A DNA stretch of 60,000 nt from Mobula hypostoma (lineage: Eukaryota). The notes under the pieces are model-generated. The model did no database searches. It was not told the DNA's origin and worked only from the letters and a program-made list of their open reading frames with translations. The stretch spans positions 137,642,001-137,702,000 of the forward strand of contig NC_086097.1 of the NCBI RefSeq assembly GCF_963921235.1. Direction: 5' to 3'. Shown here piece by piece: positions 12,931 through 25,626 of the stretch. The translations under genes and the position numbers were made by a program. Position 1 is the stretch's first letter. Each line of letters begins with the position of its first letter.

Positions 12931-13959
12931 AGAAACCTATGGACCAGGTGCTGCAAGGCTGCCCAGGCACTCAGTGTTACCTGGATGACATCATTGTTAC
13001 CTTTGAGGATGACAAGGAACATCTCCAAGATCTCAAGACAGTGTTAAGAAGATTAGAAGATTATGGGCTCAGAGCATGATGTGATAAGTGAGAATTCTTT
13101 AAACCAAGCTTCACTTGCTGTGGTCACATGATTGACACACAAGGATTGTACAAGTGTACAGAGAAAAATCAGGCAGTGGGGAATGCCCCAAGGCCAAAGG
13201 ATGTTTAACAGTTGCAGTCTTTTTTAGGATTTGTCAATTTATATAACATGTTCCTGCCAAACCTTTTTCTTTCCAGTCCTGATGGAGAGTCTCGGCCCAA
13301 AACTTCGACTGTTTATTCTTTCCCATAGATGCTGCCCGGTCTGCTGAGTTATCCAGCATTTTCTATATGTAAAAATATATTAACTGAATACATCATCACG
13401 CTACCACGTGATATGTGCACACCTCACTTAACAGTAAAGACTAGGTTACACCCGCTTTCTTCAGACACCCGTGTTTCTGTGAAGTAGTTTAAGTTTTTTT
13501 AAGTTACAAAATATAACTACTCAGAAAATAATATCAAGATTGGGAAGCAAAAAAAAACGTGGATTTAGTAAAGTGAACTACAACTTTAACAAGGTTTGAC
13601 AGTCGATGTAGGGATAAGGTTTCCCATGACGGAGCTGGCTGAAATGGAAGGCGTGGTCTCAAGGTGGGTGGTTGGCTATTGAGGGTAATAGATCTGTGGA
13701 ATTCTCTACCAGTGAGGCTTGGTGGCTGAATTTTATTCACAAAATAGATTGATACGATTGTGGATATAAAGAGAATGAAAAATACAAAATGAGGTGATGA
13801 GTTAAACAATTATTCATGATTTATTGAACGGGCAAAAAGGTCTGTAAGCATCTTCAGCCTCTCGCTTCAACAGTCTGAGGTACCCATTTGCTTCAAACAG
13901 ACTCCAATCACACCGGTGACCAAGAAGAACATGGTAACCTACCTCAATGACTAATTTAG

Positions 13960-14262
13960 TAGAGAGGGCACAGTTTTAAGGTGCTTGGAGGTAGGTACAG
14001 AGGAGATGTCAGAAGTAGGTACAGAGGAGCTTTCAGAGGTAAGTTTTTTACGCAGAGAGTGGTGAGTGCATGGAATGGGCTGCCGGCGACGATGGTGGAG
14101 GTGGATACAATAGGGTCTTTTAAGAGACTCCTGGATAGGTACATGGAGCTTAGAAAAACAGAGGGCTATGGGTAACCATAGGTAATTTCTAAAGTAAGTA
14201 CATGTTCAGCACAGCATTGTGGGCCGAAGGTCCTGAATTGTGTTTTCTATGTTCTATGTTTA
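13960..14262 (+). mobile_element. CR1 3' fragment
   Basis: RGKFFTQRVVSAWNGLP...FKRLLDRYM; (tctatgt)n tail. Confidence 0.85.
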
Positions 14263-14264
14263 GA

Positions 14265-14980
14265 TAGATCCACTGTGATGAAGCGCTTCGAGAGGTTAGC
14301 CATGAAGCCTACCCACTCCTGCTTGAGGGGTAACCTGGATCCACTCCAATTTGCCTAACATCACAACAGGTCAACGGCAGGTGCCATTTAACTTACTAAT
14401 TAAATTGACATTTAATTCAGCTTCAGAACACCTGGACAGTGAAGATGCATTCATCAGGTTGTTCTTCATTGACTACAGCTCAGCATTCAACACTATCACC
14501 CCCTAAGAACTTATCACTAAGCTCCAAAACTTGGGCCTCGATACCTCCCAATGCAACTGGATCCTCAATTTCTTCACTGACAGGCCCCAGTTAGTATGGA
14601 TTGGCAACAGCATCTCTTCCAAAATCTTCCTCAGAATAGGTGCACCACAAAGCTGTGTGCTTACCCCCTGCTTTCCTCACTTTATACCTTTGGTTGTGTG
14701 GCTAAGTACAACTCCAACACCGTATTTAAGTTTGCTGAAGACACCATTGTTATTGGCTGAATCAAAGGTGGTGACAAATCGGCATTTAGGAGGGAGATTG
14801 AACATCTGCTTGAGTGGTGCCACAACAACAACATCTCACTCAACGTCAACAAGACCAAAGGGCTGATTGTCAAATAAAGGAGGAAGAACCTGGAGGCCCA
14901 GAAGCCAGTCGTCATTCGGGGGATCAGCGGTGGAGAGGGTCAGTAACTCAGAATTCCCTGGTGTTAACATATCAGCGGTA
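14265..14980 (+). mobile_element. Rex1/Babar LINE RT fragment
   Basis: LDPLQFAY-like, [33 protein letters not shown] motifs. Confidence 0.8.
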
Positions 14981-17172
14981 GTCAGTCTTTGCTGAGGTAC
15001 GGCTTGGTAGATTCTACTGTACTCTCTATTTTTCAATACTTTGACAATTAACATTTTGATCTTTGATCTTCTGAAAAGCTGAAGTTTTCTATGAGGGCCA
15101 AATGCGGTACTTTTATTACTTACAGTACATTCTTATAAAATTATGTAGTAGAGGGAGAGAGGTGATCTTTGTCACTGACAGTTGGTGAGAAATAGGCAGT
15201 AAGGCAATTCGGATCTGTTTTGCTCTCTGCGGTTTCAGGCATTCAGACTTGGAGATGCCAAAAACAGCGGAAATGAAATGATTTCAGTACTTCAACAAGT
15301 TAGGTACTAAGAAGAAATTGAAGCTATCAACAATGATCATGACTATTACAATGAAAATGAAGATTTGGAGGATGCAATTGTTGAAGATGTCATGAAGTCA
15401 GTCCATTATCTACACTAGGTGTGCTGATTTTGGTCATTTACAGTCAATCTAAAGTGCACGCAGTGTAATTTCACCACCGATAACTGTTAGGAGCTAATAC
15501 ACAGTTTTATAATACAGGATGAGCACCCCTCATCCGAAAATCCAAAATCTGAAAACCTCGAAATCCATATTTTTTTGAGCACTGACATGATGCTGCAAAC
15601 AGAAAATTCCAAAAGGTGCAGGCTGGGAAGGTTCGTAGAAGAATAACAATTGAGTAAAAGAATTCGGCTGAGGGTGACTCTGTACTCCACTAATATGATG
15701 AATTCTACCATCAGAGATCACAATGTGGTTTTTGCCAATCACTTAATTCAAAAATCCATTAGACAGAAGTCTAGAGGAACAAAAAGAAGAATTTTTAGTC
15801 TGGAAGAAGACTAATAGACATTACAAGAAATATTACTAATTAATATGAATTGAGAAGGTATTCCTGTTCATACAGGAAGATCAACACTAGAGGGTATTAA
15901 TATGATAGTCATTATAACAGTCATTACAAATCTAGGAGAATCAGTAGAGACAACTTTTGTAAGTAAAAGTGGATCCTACTATGATGTGCAGTGGTTGAGC
16001 CAAGTAGAACAATGTCTTTAAGAAGAAGATGTAAGGCGTACAAATGTAAGGCGGAAAGAAAGGGAAAATTGAGTAGGTATTTTGAGACTGAAGTAGGTTG
16101 AGGAGTGTAAATGGTGACATTATCCATCTGGGCCACATGCCCTTGTTATACTGAAGGCTGTGCAACTCTCTATAAAATAGTTAAAGAACATTTTCTAAAG
16201 ATAACACCCACAATTTTGATTAGTAAAATAAAAATAAATCTGGATTTTTGCTTGTCTGAATATAATCTCCAGTAAATTTGAGAGTACCTAAACTACATGA
16301 TAATTAGTACTCAATTTTGTCAGAGATTACTAAACTGAAAGTGAATCAATGCACTAAAAGAGCTTAAGTTTGTTGAAATGTAATGTAGAGGAAATTACTG
16401 CTTGTAAACCAGATTCTGCTCGTTTTTACCTCAATATGCATTTTGCTGATATTAAATGTGAGCGTTTGTTTATTAGCTTGAGTGATTTTGTTCAAAGTTA
16501 CGGAGATTTGATACCAAGAAAAAAAACTCATTAATTTCAGTCATTCCTTGGCTGTTAATGACTGTGATAATATGATTGGATCTTAAATTTTAAAAAGGCA
16601 ATTGTTTCAAAGGTCATGTTCGCAGTGTGAAAAAGCACTGCGTGGTGATTCTGGAAGATCTGCTGACTTTGCAGAAGTGAGGTGGATGTGAAACTTCCCT
16701 CCATTGAGGACATTTACAGCAGCAGCTGTGTAAAGAAGGCCTGGAAGATCATTGGGGCATTGGTCACCCCAACCATAAACTGTTTCAGCTGCTTCCGTCT
16801 GGCAAACAGTACAGTACCACAGCATTAAAGCCAGGACCAACAGGCTCCGGGACAGCTTCTGTCTACAAGCCATTAGACTTTTAGATTCACATCTCTGTAC
16901 ATTGCCACGGAGTCATAACATAAAGATTCTTACCCCCTCACGTTGTGGGACGGGTGTAAGATTTAAATAAATTCAAATTCACATTATTCATGCCTCTGCA
17001 ATAGTTGGCAGTGGTCACAGTGGTTGCTCTGTGGCTTTTGATTAAGTTAGGAGGTAACAATGTCAGAATCAGGTTTAATATCACCGGCATATGTCATGAA
17101 ATTTATTGACTTTACAGCAGCAGTACAATGCAATCCATAATAATCGAGGAAAAACTGCGAATTACAGGAAGT

Positions 17173-17175
17173 GTG

Positions 17176-17231
<56 letters not shown>
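17173..17231. repeat. (TA)n(TG)n microsatellite within a LINE 3' end
   Basis: Direct inspection. Confidence 0.9.
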
Positions 17232-17233
<2 letters not shown>

Positions 17234-18026
17234 TAATTAAATTAAATAAGCAGTGCAAAAATAGAAATAAAAAGTAGTGCTCCTCTGGTCTGGGAAGCAA
17301 CTTCAACCTCTCTGAGGTCAGAGGTGGTTAGTAGCTGTCTCCTCATAATGTAGTGAAAAGACTAGATCCACCCGGTCACTGTATACACCTCTGCTCTGAG
17401 GAGTAAACAGCAGGCAATCTTCCAGCACCTCCCACCATTCACCACCAGCGCTGTCACTGAAGCAGTAAAAGATGCCAGGTTGTGCAATGTCTTCAATAGC
17501 CCTGTAGGCGGAGCACCACAACAGTACACCTGATGGGGACTAGACAGCTTATTTAGGTCTTGGACAGACTTCCCTCTGGTGTCCCAAACACTCCTAGACT
17601 CAGCCACTCACATCATAGCAAGTGTTCTTGTCCTACCACTGCTTTCTGTTGGGTAGCTCTCACTCACAGGACGACTAGAATTCTGGCAGGGGGACATTGA
17701 AGCTGAACATCAAATCGTTGATAACCCCAACAAAAATTGTGGGAGAGGGATTATGTAAATAGGAGATTGCAAAGCCTTTTTGTCTCCCTGTTACATTGGT
17801 ACAAAGCAATCAAAGTGATTGCTAACAGTTTTTTTATCATCAAAGGTGTTCAGAAAATGAGCAAGAGAGTTGGTGGTAATTGTGTTAACTTCATAAAAAT
17901 ATGCAGAATCAATACTTGCATGTAGAAGAGGAACTCCAAGAAGTAAGAGACCAACAAGCCTTGCTTTTGGCCTTGGAATCCTCCAAGATCATCTTTCAAT
18001 TTAGAGGAAGCTCTGTGAAGCGGGAA

Positions 18027-19833
18027 GATATAAGACCGTAAGACATTAGGCCTTTTGGCCCATTTCGTCATGGCTGATCCAATTTTCCTCTCAGCCCCAG
18101 TCTCCTGCCGTCTCCCCGTGTCCCTTCATACCCTGACCAATCAAGAATCTTTCAACTTCTGCCTTAAATATACATAAAGACTTGGCCTCCAGAGCTGCTT
18201 GTAGCAAAGAATTCCACAGATTCACTGTTCTCTGGCTAAAGAAATTCCTCCTCATCTCCTTTATAAAAGGACAGCCCTCTATTCTGAGGCTGTGTCCTCT
18301 GGTCTTAGACACTCAGAATCAGAATCAGGTTTATTATCACTGGCATGTGATGTGAAATTTGTTAACTTAGCAGCAGCAGTTCAATGTAGTACATAATCTA
18401 ACAGAGAGAGAGAAAAAAATTATAAATAAAATAAAACATAATAATAAGTAAACAAGTAAATCAATTACACATATTGAATAGATTAAAAAAGTGCAAAAAC
18501 AGAAATACTGCATATTAAAAAAAAGTGGGGTAGTGTCCAAAGCTTCAATGTCCATTTAGGAATCGGATGGCAGAGGGAAAGAAGCTGTTCCTGAATCGCT
18601 GAGTGTGTGCCTTCAGGCTACTGTACGACCTACCTGATGGCAACACTAAGAAAAGGGCATCTCCTGGGTGCTGGAGTTCCTTAATAATGGACGTTGCCTT
18701 TCTCAGACACTGCTCCCTAAAGATATCCTGGGTACTTTGTAGGCTAGTGCCCAAGATGGAGCTGACTAGATTTACAACCTTCTGCAGCTTCTTTCGGTCC
18801 TGTGCGGTAGCCCCTCCATAGCCCCTCTCACCAAAGGAAACATTCCTTCCACATCCACTCTATCAAGGCCTTTCACCATTCGATAGGTTTAATGAGGTCA
18901 CCCCTCATTTTTCTAAATTCTAGTGAATACAGGCCCAGAGCCATCAAACGCTCCTCATATGACAAGCCATTCAATCCTGGAATCAGTTTTGTGAACCTCC
19001 TTTGAACCCTCTCCAGTTTCAGCACATCCTTTCTAAGATAAGAGGCCCAAACCTGCCCTCAATCCTGCAAATGAGGCCTCACCAGTGCTTCATAAAGTCT
19101 CAACATTACATCCTTGCTTTTATATTCTCGTCCTCTTGAAGTGAATGCTAACTTTTCATTTGCCTTCCTCACCAGACTCAACCTGCAAATTAACCTTTAG
19201 GGAATCCCGCACAAGGACTCCAGAGTCCCTTTGCACCTCAGATTTTTATATTTTCTCTCTATTTAGGGAACAGTCAGCTCTTTCATTTCTGCTACCAAAG
19301 TTCATGACCACACTCTTCTTGACACTATATTCTATCTGCCATTTCTTTGCCCATTTTTCTAATCTGCTTAAGTCCTTCTGTAGCTTCTCTACTTCCTCAA
19401 AACTCCCCCCTCTCCACCTATCTTTATATCATCTGAAAACTTTGCAACAAAGCCATCAATTCCATCATCCAAATCATTAACGTAAAAAGAATCAGTCCCA
19501 ACACAGACCCCTGTGGAACACTACTAGTCACCAGCAGCCAGCCAGAAAAGGCTCCCTTTATTCCCACTCTTTGCCTGCTGCCAATCAGCCACTGCTTTAT
19601 CCATGCTAGAATCTTTCCCGCAATACCCGTTAATTTCCCGTTAAGCAGCCTTGTGGGTGCATCTTGGCTAAGGCCTTCTGAAAATTCAAGTACACAACAT
19701 CAACCGATTGTCTACCTTGCTTGTTATTTCATCAAAGTATTCCAACAGATTTGTCAGGCAAGATTTTCCTTTAAGGAAACCACGCTGACTACAGCTGATT
19801 TTATCATGTGCTTCCAAGTACCCTGAGTCCTCA
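18027..19833 (-). mobile_element. 5'-truncated CR1 LINE, interrupted at about 18313-18825 by a Rex1-type 3' end
   Basis: Reverse complement of the CR1 ORF2 C-terminus (TRGHSLRIEG...RNFFSQR). The insert has a (tctgat)n tail and FRNSFFPSAIRFLN. Confidence 0.88.
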
Positions 19834-19839
19834 TAACAG

Positions 19840-21540
19840 ATAATGCCCAGGATGGGTCTTTAATGATGTTACAAGGGTGCTGTAGGAATCAAGAGTTGTA
19901 GATTGTCTCCAGGCCTGGTAGTTGAGTCCCATTGATGTGCTGAGCTGTCTTAATCACCTATTGGAGTGCATTGTGATCTGTCTTGCTGCAGTTGGAGTAC
20001 CTCATTGTCACTCCATCTGTCCGTATGCTCGCTGTCACACATCAATAAAAGTTGGCCAGCAGTTTTTGGGGCAGATTAGCTCTCCTTAAGCACCTCAGGA
20101 AGTATAGTCATTGTTGTACCTTCCCTACCATCGAGGTTCTGTTGACAGACCATGAGAGCTCCTCAGTGATGTTCATCCTGTTACATGCTCAAGGAGATCT
20201 TTTTTTTTGTGAGAACAATGTAATGGTCTTTTGGAGGTCACCTGATGTGAATTTCCCGCTGATGTGAGGTCACGTGATGACATGTGCCCCCGTGAGTATA
20301 TAAGGGTCGACCCAGGTGACGCAGGGGTTTTTTTTTAGTTTGTAGATTTCCAGGTAGAACGTGCTGTATCTCTGTTTCTGTTGCATGTTTATCTTTGGTG
20401 ACGCAGTTTCATTTTTAAAACGGAGTGTGCGTTCTGTTGCAAAATACCATATTATTTGGACTGGAAATTTTTGCTAGATGTGTTGATTTACTCAATTCCA
20501 ACATTAGAAGGGAGAGTGAAGAATTTATCGAAGTTACAGGATTGAAGGATCGCGAGGAGTTGGCATTGTTTGGCAGTTTAATAAAGGATTGATCTTATTG
20601 AGTCTTCGTTGGAGGAGTAGCTACCTGCATCGAGATAACTCTTGCCAGGAAGAGCAAGGAGTTCATGCAAAAAGGTGCTCTCGCTCTCTCTCTCTCTAAA
20701 GGAATTTAAGGTCAGTTGATTTAAACTGTTTATTTTCTGCATCGTGAATCCTGTGGACAGAACCAGCAGTAAAGTTGTGTCTGTGAAGAAATCCTTCTCC
20801 AGAGAAATCTCTCCCAATTGAACGTATAAATCTGTTGGACTTTCGAAGTTATCGCTTTAAGAACTATATCTGACTTTATCGCTTTAAGAACTGTTTTTGC
20901 ATTTAACGCTTTAAGAACCAGAACCGAGTGGTGAGTTGGCGAACGGCTGTATATCTGTTAACTTCCGGTTAAAGTTTTCGTTTGTTTTTTTTTCCTTATC
21001 GTTTATCCGTGTTTAATTAATGTTTGATTGTTTTTATATAACCTGTCTCCATTGATATTCATTGTTGCCGTTTACGTAACAATCCCCAAACACGAGAAGC
21101 TAGAGAGCCTTTCCACTGCATTGCCATTAATGAACAGTGGGGCTTGTTCGGGACCTCGCCCTCCTGAAATCAATTATCATTTCTTTTGTCATCTTGTGAG
21201 TGATAAGTTGTAGTTCCTGCACCAAGTGGACAGTTTCAACACCTCCTCTTTATAATCAGATTAATTATTGTTTGTGATTAGGCCAATCAGAGTAGCGTCG
21301 TCTGCAAATCTGATGATTGAGTTTGTAGTTGAATAGGAGTGCAGTCACAGATGAAGTGAGAGTAGAGAAGTGGGTTCAGTACACACCCCTGCAGGGTACC
21401 CGATGCTCAGGGTTACAGGGAGCGGTTGATATGCATTTGCCTAGTTTTGCCATTTGACTACAATTAGCGGGGAAGTCCAAGGTTCAGTTGCAGGTTGATG
21501 TTCCAAGACTGTGGAGCTTGACTGTCAGCTTGTTCTGTAG
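19840..21540 (-). mobile_element. Old Rex1-like LINE RT fragment hosting a solo LTR
   Basis: Minus-strand KFADD motif (gtcgtctgcaaa at about 21297) and GxPxGCVL remnants on both sides of the LTR. Confidence 0.65.
20179..21081. mobile_element. Solo LTR (903 bp)
   Basis: TGTTAC...GTAACA termini with 4-bp TSD ATCC (20175-20178 and 21082-21085); TATA-like tatataa at about 20297. Confidence 0.9.
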
Positions 21541-21789
21541 TATGGTGTTAAAGGATGAGCTGTAATCAATGAACAGCATCCTGATGTAAGTGTCTTCTGC
21601 TCTGAGGCAGTATGAAGGGTGGTGGAAGTGGCATCTTCAGTGGACGGTTCAGTAACTGCCTTGCAACCAGAGATAAGACATGAAGATCCTTCTATTCTGA
21701 CCTGCATGATTAGAGGACTGCACAGCTTCCTGCTCTCAAAATGGGCTGCGAGGGGAATCTGCAACTGGATATAGCAGGTCTGCATAAAC

Positions 21790-23185
21790 CTAATGAACAG
21801 GTGGGAAATGCAAAGCTTCCTTATAAAATCTAGAGTAAAGCAAGGAGCTTTGCTCTCTAACTTGTCTTGTTTAGGTGTTGTTTTGAGCCCTTTTGCTGAA
21901 TCGATCAGGAACGATACGGACCCAGCAGGAGTGATAATGCCAGGCAGTGGAGAATTTAAGACAAAGTCTCTCCATTTGTGGATTACACAGCAGTTTTCTG
22001 CTATTGTTAGTCCAAAGATTGATTAACATATGCTGCCAATTGGAACTGGTCTTGGGGATAAGAGACAATCACAGCAAAAGCCATGCTCCTTTGCAGTTGG
22101 TCTGACCGATTCTTTGATCCTTTTGCTGTCAGGATTCTTGAAGGTTCTGGAAATCTGGATTTGGGCATGTAGCAAGAATCATCTGGAGCCAAAACCAAAG
22201 TGAACCAGAAGCTGGTGAAGTGGGAGCAGGAAACAATCAGGTTGTCAGGTCAGCCTGCTCTCGCTGTTGTTGTTCATCACGCAGCATGGCTTGTACCACA
22301 CTGCTGGCCCAGAACAGTTGTGTGACATGTTTTTCCAATTCATCTGGAGATCCAAAATCGTAGAAACATGGGAGGATGTGCCCAGCACAACCCTAATGGA
22401 ACTGTGTACCCAGATTCTCTGCACAAACACTGAACGTGCTAACCTTCTACCTGTTCCAGTTTGGGAAAGCTTGTTATTACATAACTTCCATTCTGTGCCC
22501 CAGCAGCTCTTTATTAAATTTTCTGTGGAAAAAAAAAGCACATCTGACTGTAAGTCGTCTGGGCAGTGATTCACAAGGAACATCCTGGAAGTCCTGGGGG
22601 AGAAGATGATGGTGGATCCTATGGAACAGTTTCACAAGCAGGGTCTCAGTCATTTAGGAAATGACTTTAAAATAAACACCATGACCTTGTCTGGTGAGGA
22701 GCCCCCTCCCTGTCAGATCCTTTGTATACAACCATTGCTTCAATCCCAATACATACTGTCCATCCCAATGAATGGCAGCAGTGTAGATGAGACATTCATC
22801 TGTCTCTTTTTGGTCTGTGTATTTACTAGGTCTAGTAAGGCAGACAGTGGTTTCAGTCAAAGTTTGTCACAGGCTGTTGCATGCGTATCATAGATCTCCG
22901 TCTTACTTGTGCTATTCTTAGGGATTCCTCCTGAGACTCACTTTGGTCTGACTGTCTGAAATCACATTACAAGGCACAGCTTATATGCTGCAGCTTGTAC
23001 CAAAGTTTGCTGTTGTCACTAAACTTTTAGAAGCTAGGTCCAGTGTAATAGCCTCTCAAACATTTGTCTAACTTAAAGGTAACATTGAAAATTTTCAATA
23101 AATGCATTGACTCTTTTTGGTAAAGTAAATGAAGACAATAACATGTCCTGGTTTGTATTTCTCTATATATTGTGAATAAAGGCTG
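21790..23185 (+). mobile_element. Highly decayed L1/Tx1-clade LINE 3' part
   Basis: IKSRVKQGALLS and PFAESIRND (RT), FQFIWRSK; aataaa near 23175. Confidence 0.65.
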
Positions 23186-23408
23186 TTTGGAGGAAAGATG
23201 ACTGTCAAACTCAGCTCAGGCATGTGTGAGGGGGAGAAAATAGTTGACATCAATCACTTAATATAGTCATAGAGCATAGCAAAAAATGTGACTATATTCT
23301 ATGGTATATTTGAAAGTTTAATGAAAGTATGTCTTTGAAAATAACTTGTGTTGCAGCATGAAATGGAAGACACTCAATAGCATATGAGGTTGCATTTGTA
23401 TTTTTCAG

Positions 23409-25380
23409 GGAGATAAGACTTCATGTGCAAGAACATTATGCTTGACAAACTTAAATGCCTTCCACAGTCTTCTAACTATGACCATTTTAATCATGGTAAT
23501 GACATATGCAGTAAGACAGTGACAGGTCCCAAACACAAAAGATGCTGAGCGAGGAAACGGGAAAGGAGTGTAACAGCAACAATTAATTGGTGATACAATT
23601 AATAAAAAATTGGAAGAACACAGAACTCAAAGCAACCATGAAATCTCTCCAGGTCAGCCTACAAAACAGATGTAGCAAGATAAATTCTTCAGAAGAATTA
23701 TTAACATGTATTGAAAGAAGTCATAACAAGAATAAATCTCTGGGTGCAGAGGTTACTGCAGGAAATGTATTGACCAGCAACTGTAGTAAAACACTGCTGG
23801 GAAATAAATCATCTGAGGTGTCTATAGTAATTCAGAAAAAAATACAGAATCTTAAAGCATCTAAGGTTAGAGTTTGATCCTGTAACAGGTGATAATGAAA
23901 AGGCAAGCATGTCTAATATTCCTGAGATTCCTTCTAAAACAAAATCTTTGGGATTATCTTGGCACCCCCAACATCTTGTTTCCCATCATACATGTCACAA
24001 TGCTACAGCGTGGAGCAAAGAGAGTACAACGGATGTGACAAGAAGTTCTCCAGAGCAGGAAGCAATAACATTGTCTGAGGTTAGATCAATGGAACCCGAC
24101 GAGCCTAAAGGACTTTCTGAAAGCTGCCAACTAACAGTGAGTGAGTGTACCGTACTCCCTCTAAAACTCATGTTCCACAGTTTTACAGGCTGTACCGGAG
24201 CAGTTCCTCTTTCCCTGGACACAGGTGCTCAAACTAGGCCATTCAGAAGGACGAAAGTTTTGCACAAGGTTCTGCTTTGGGTCAGCTTGGTTTTGCAAAC
24301 GTGTCATAAAACTGTTAGCAATTTTACTGTCAATCAAGGATATTTGGAATCAGTTGAGAATGTTTTTTAAAATCTGTTTTCCACGTTGTCCTTGGAAGTT
24401 CTGAAATTAAAGCAAAGTAAGAAAGGTAATTCTCAAGAAAAAGCAATATACGAAAATAATTGCAGTTGCTCAACTTTTGAACAGGATTGGGGTTTCGAAA
24501 TAGAGTGGCCAGTACATTTTCCATTGCAAAATAAGTGTGGTAGAGAGTTTAAAGGAGAAGACTATAATGCTGAAATATCTCCAACAATTCATATCCCAAA
24601 TTCCTCTAAGGTGACAAATAGTATCACTGAAGAAACAAAATGTCCAATCAGGAAAAATGAGTTGAATTTGTTAAGACTATCTATCCACTACAGTGAAACA
24701 CTGGCCCTGGCAAAAAAGGCCAGAACTCCACTTTCCTTTGTGCAATGGTTCAGAAGGAAAAGCAGCCTTAAATTGCCAAAGAAACAAAATGGTCTGGGAT
24801 ACATCTACTTCAAACAGAGAGTGTCTGAAGGAACTAAATGACAAATCGCCGGTGGTGAACCATGTGCATCAGAATGACTCTGCACGGTTGCATGGTAGTC
24901 AGCTGGTTAACGTTGAACTCAGTCAACAAACTGAAACTGAAGGATTTGATGCAGCTAGCTCCAGAAAATAATGAGAACAATGGGAATAAATGATTTATAC
25001 TATCGGCGTCCGTGCGTCAAGGCAGTGAATACAATATTAAAGCACCTTGAATTCTGTCGAGGGAAAATACTCAAGACATGTCTTCATTAGAAAGCCAGCA
25101 AGTACTTCTACCTTCAGAGAAACCTTTTGTTGTTAAACAAGCCACGGGAGGCAATGAAGTCCGCCACTGTGAAAAGAAACCTTTTGCTCACAAAGTGCCT
25201 GATATTATGTGGGCCTATAAAGACGATATTCTTGTGCTTGATGTGATTCAAGATGGCGCAGAGCTGTGTGGCAGTCCCAGCATCACCTCTGAGGTAATGC
25301 AAGACCCTGATTATACAGAAGGGAAGGGAAAATCTGCAGACGGTAAACTTAATGAGCAGACCAGCAAGATTCTGATGATA
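23409..25380 (+). pseudogene. TOPAZ1: TOPAZ1 large exon remnant (about 2 kb), broken into several frames
   Basis: Acceptor tttttcag at 23401-23408. S/K/E-rich ORF pieces in different frames (23587-23877, 23909-24370, 24386-24841, 24693-24971, 25078-25383). PDIMWAYKDDILVLDVIQDGAELCG resembles human [25 protein letters not shown]. 3' boundary approximate. Confidence 0.75.
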
Positions 25381-25391
25381 TGATATCCAAG

Positions 25392-25402
25392 TGTGGGTGG
25401 GT

Positions 25403-25441
<39 letters not shown>

Positions 25442-25483
25442 TGTGTGTGTGTGTGTGTGTGGGTGGTCTGTGTGTGTGTTTCG

Positions 25484-25519
<36 letters not shown>

Positions 25520-25570
25520 TCTGTGTGTGTGTTTCGGTGAGTGTTTGTGTGTGTGTGTGTGTGTGTTTGG

Positions 25571-25613
<43 letters not shown>

Positions 25614-25626
25614 GGTGAGTGTGTGT
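25392..25626. repeat. Compound (GT)n microsatellite
   Basis: Interrupted GT runs with recurring tttcggtga / ggtct spacers. Confidence 0.97.

Larger units (their letters stand above)
6320..13517 (+). mobile_element. Second decayed Gypsy copy of the same family, opposite orientation, split by nested insertions
   Basis: gag zinc knuckle interrupted at 6519, protease at about 7400-7560, RT at 11640-12290 (WATPVVPVAKKNGSVRISGDFK) and 12930-13265, and an LTR remnant at about 13375-13517 that is the reverse complement of the 4601 LTR. Confidence 0.85.
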
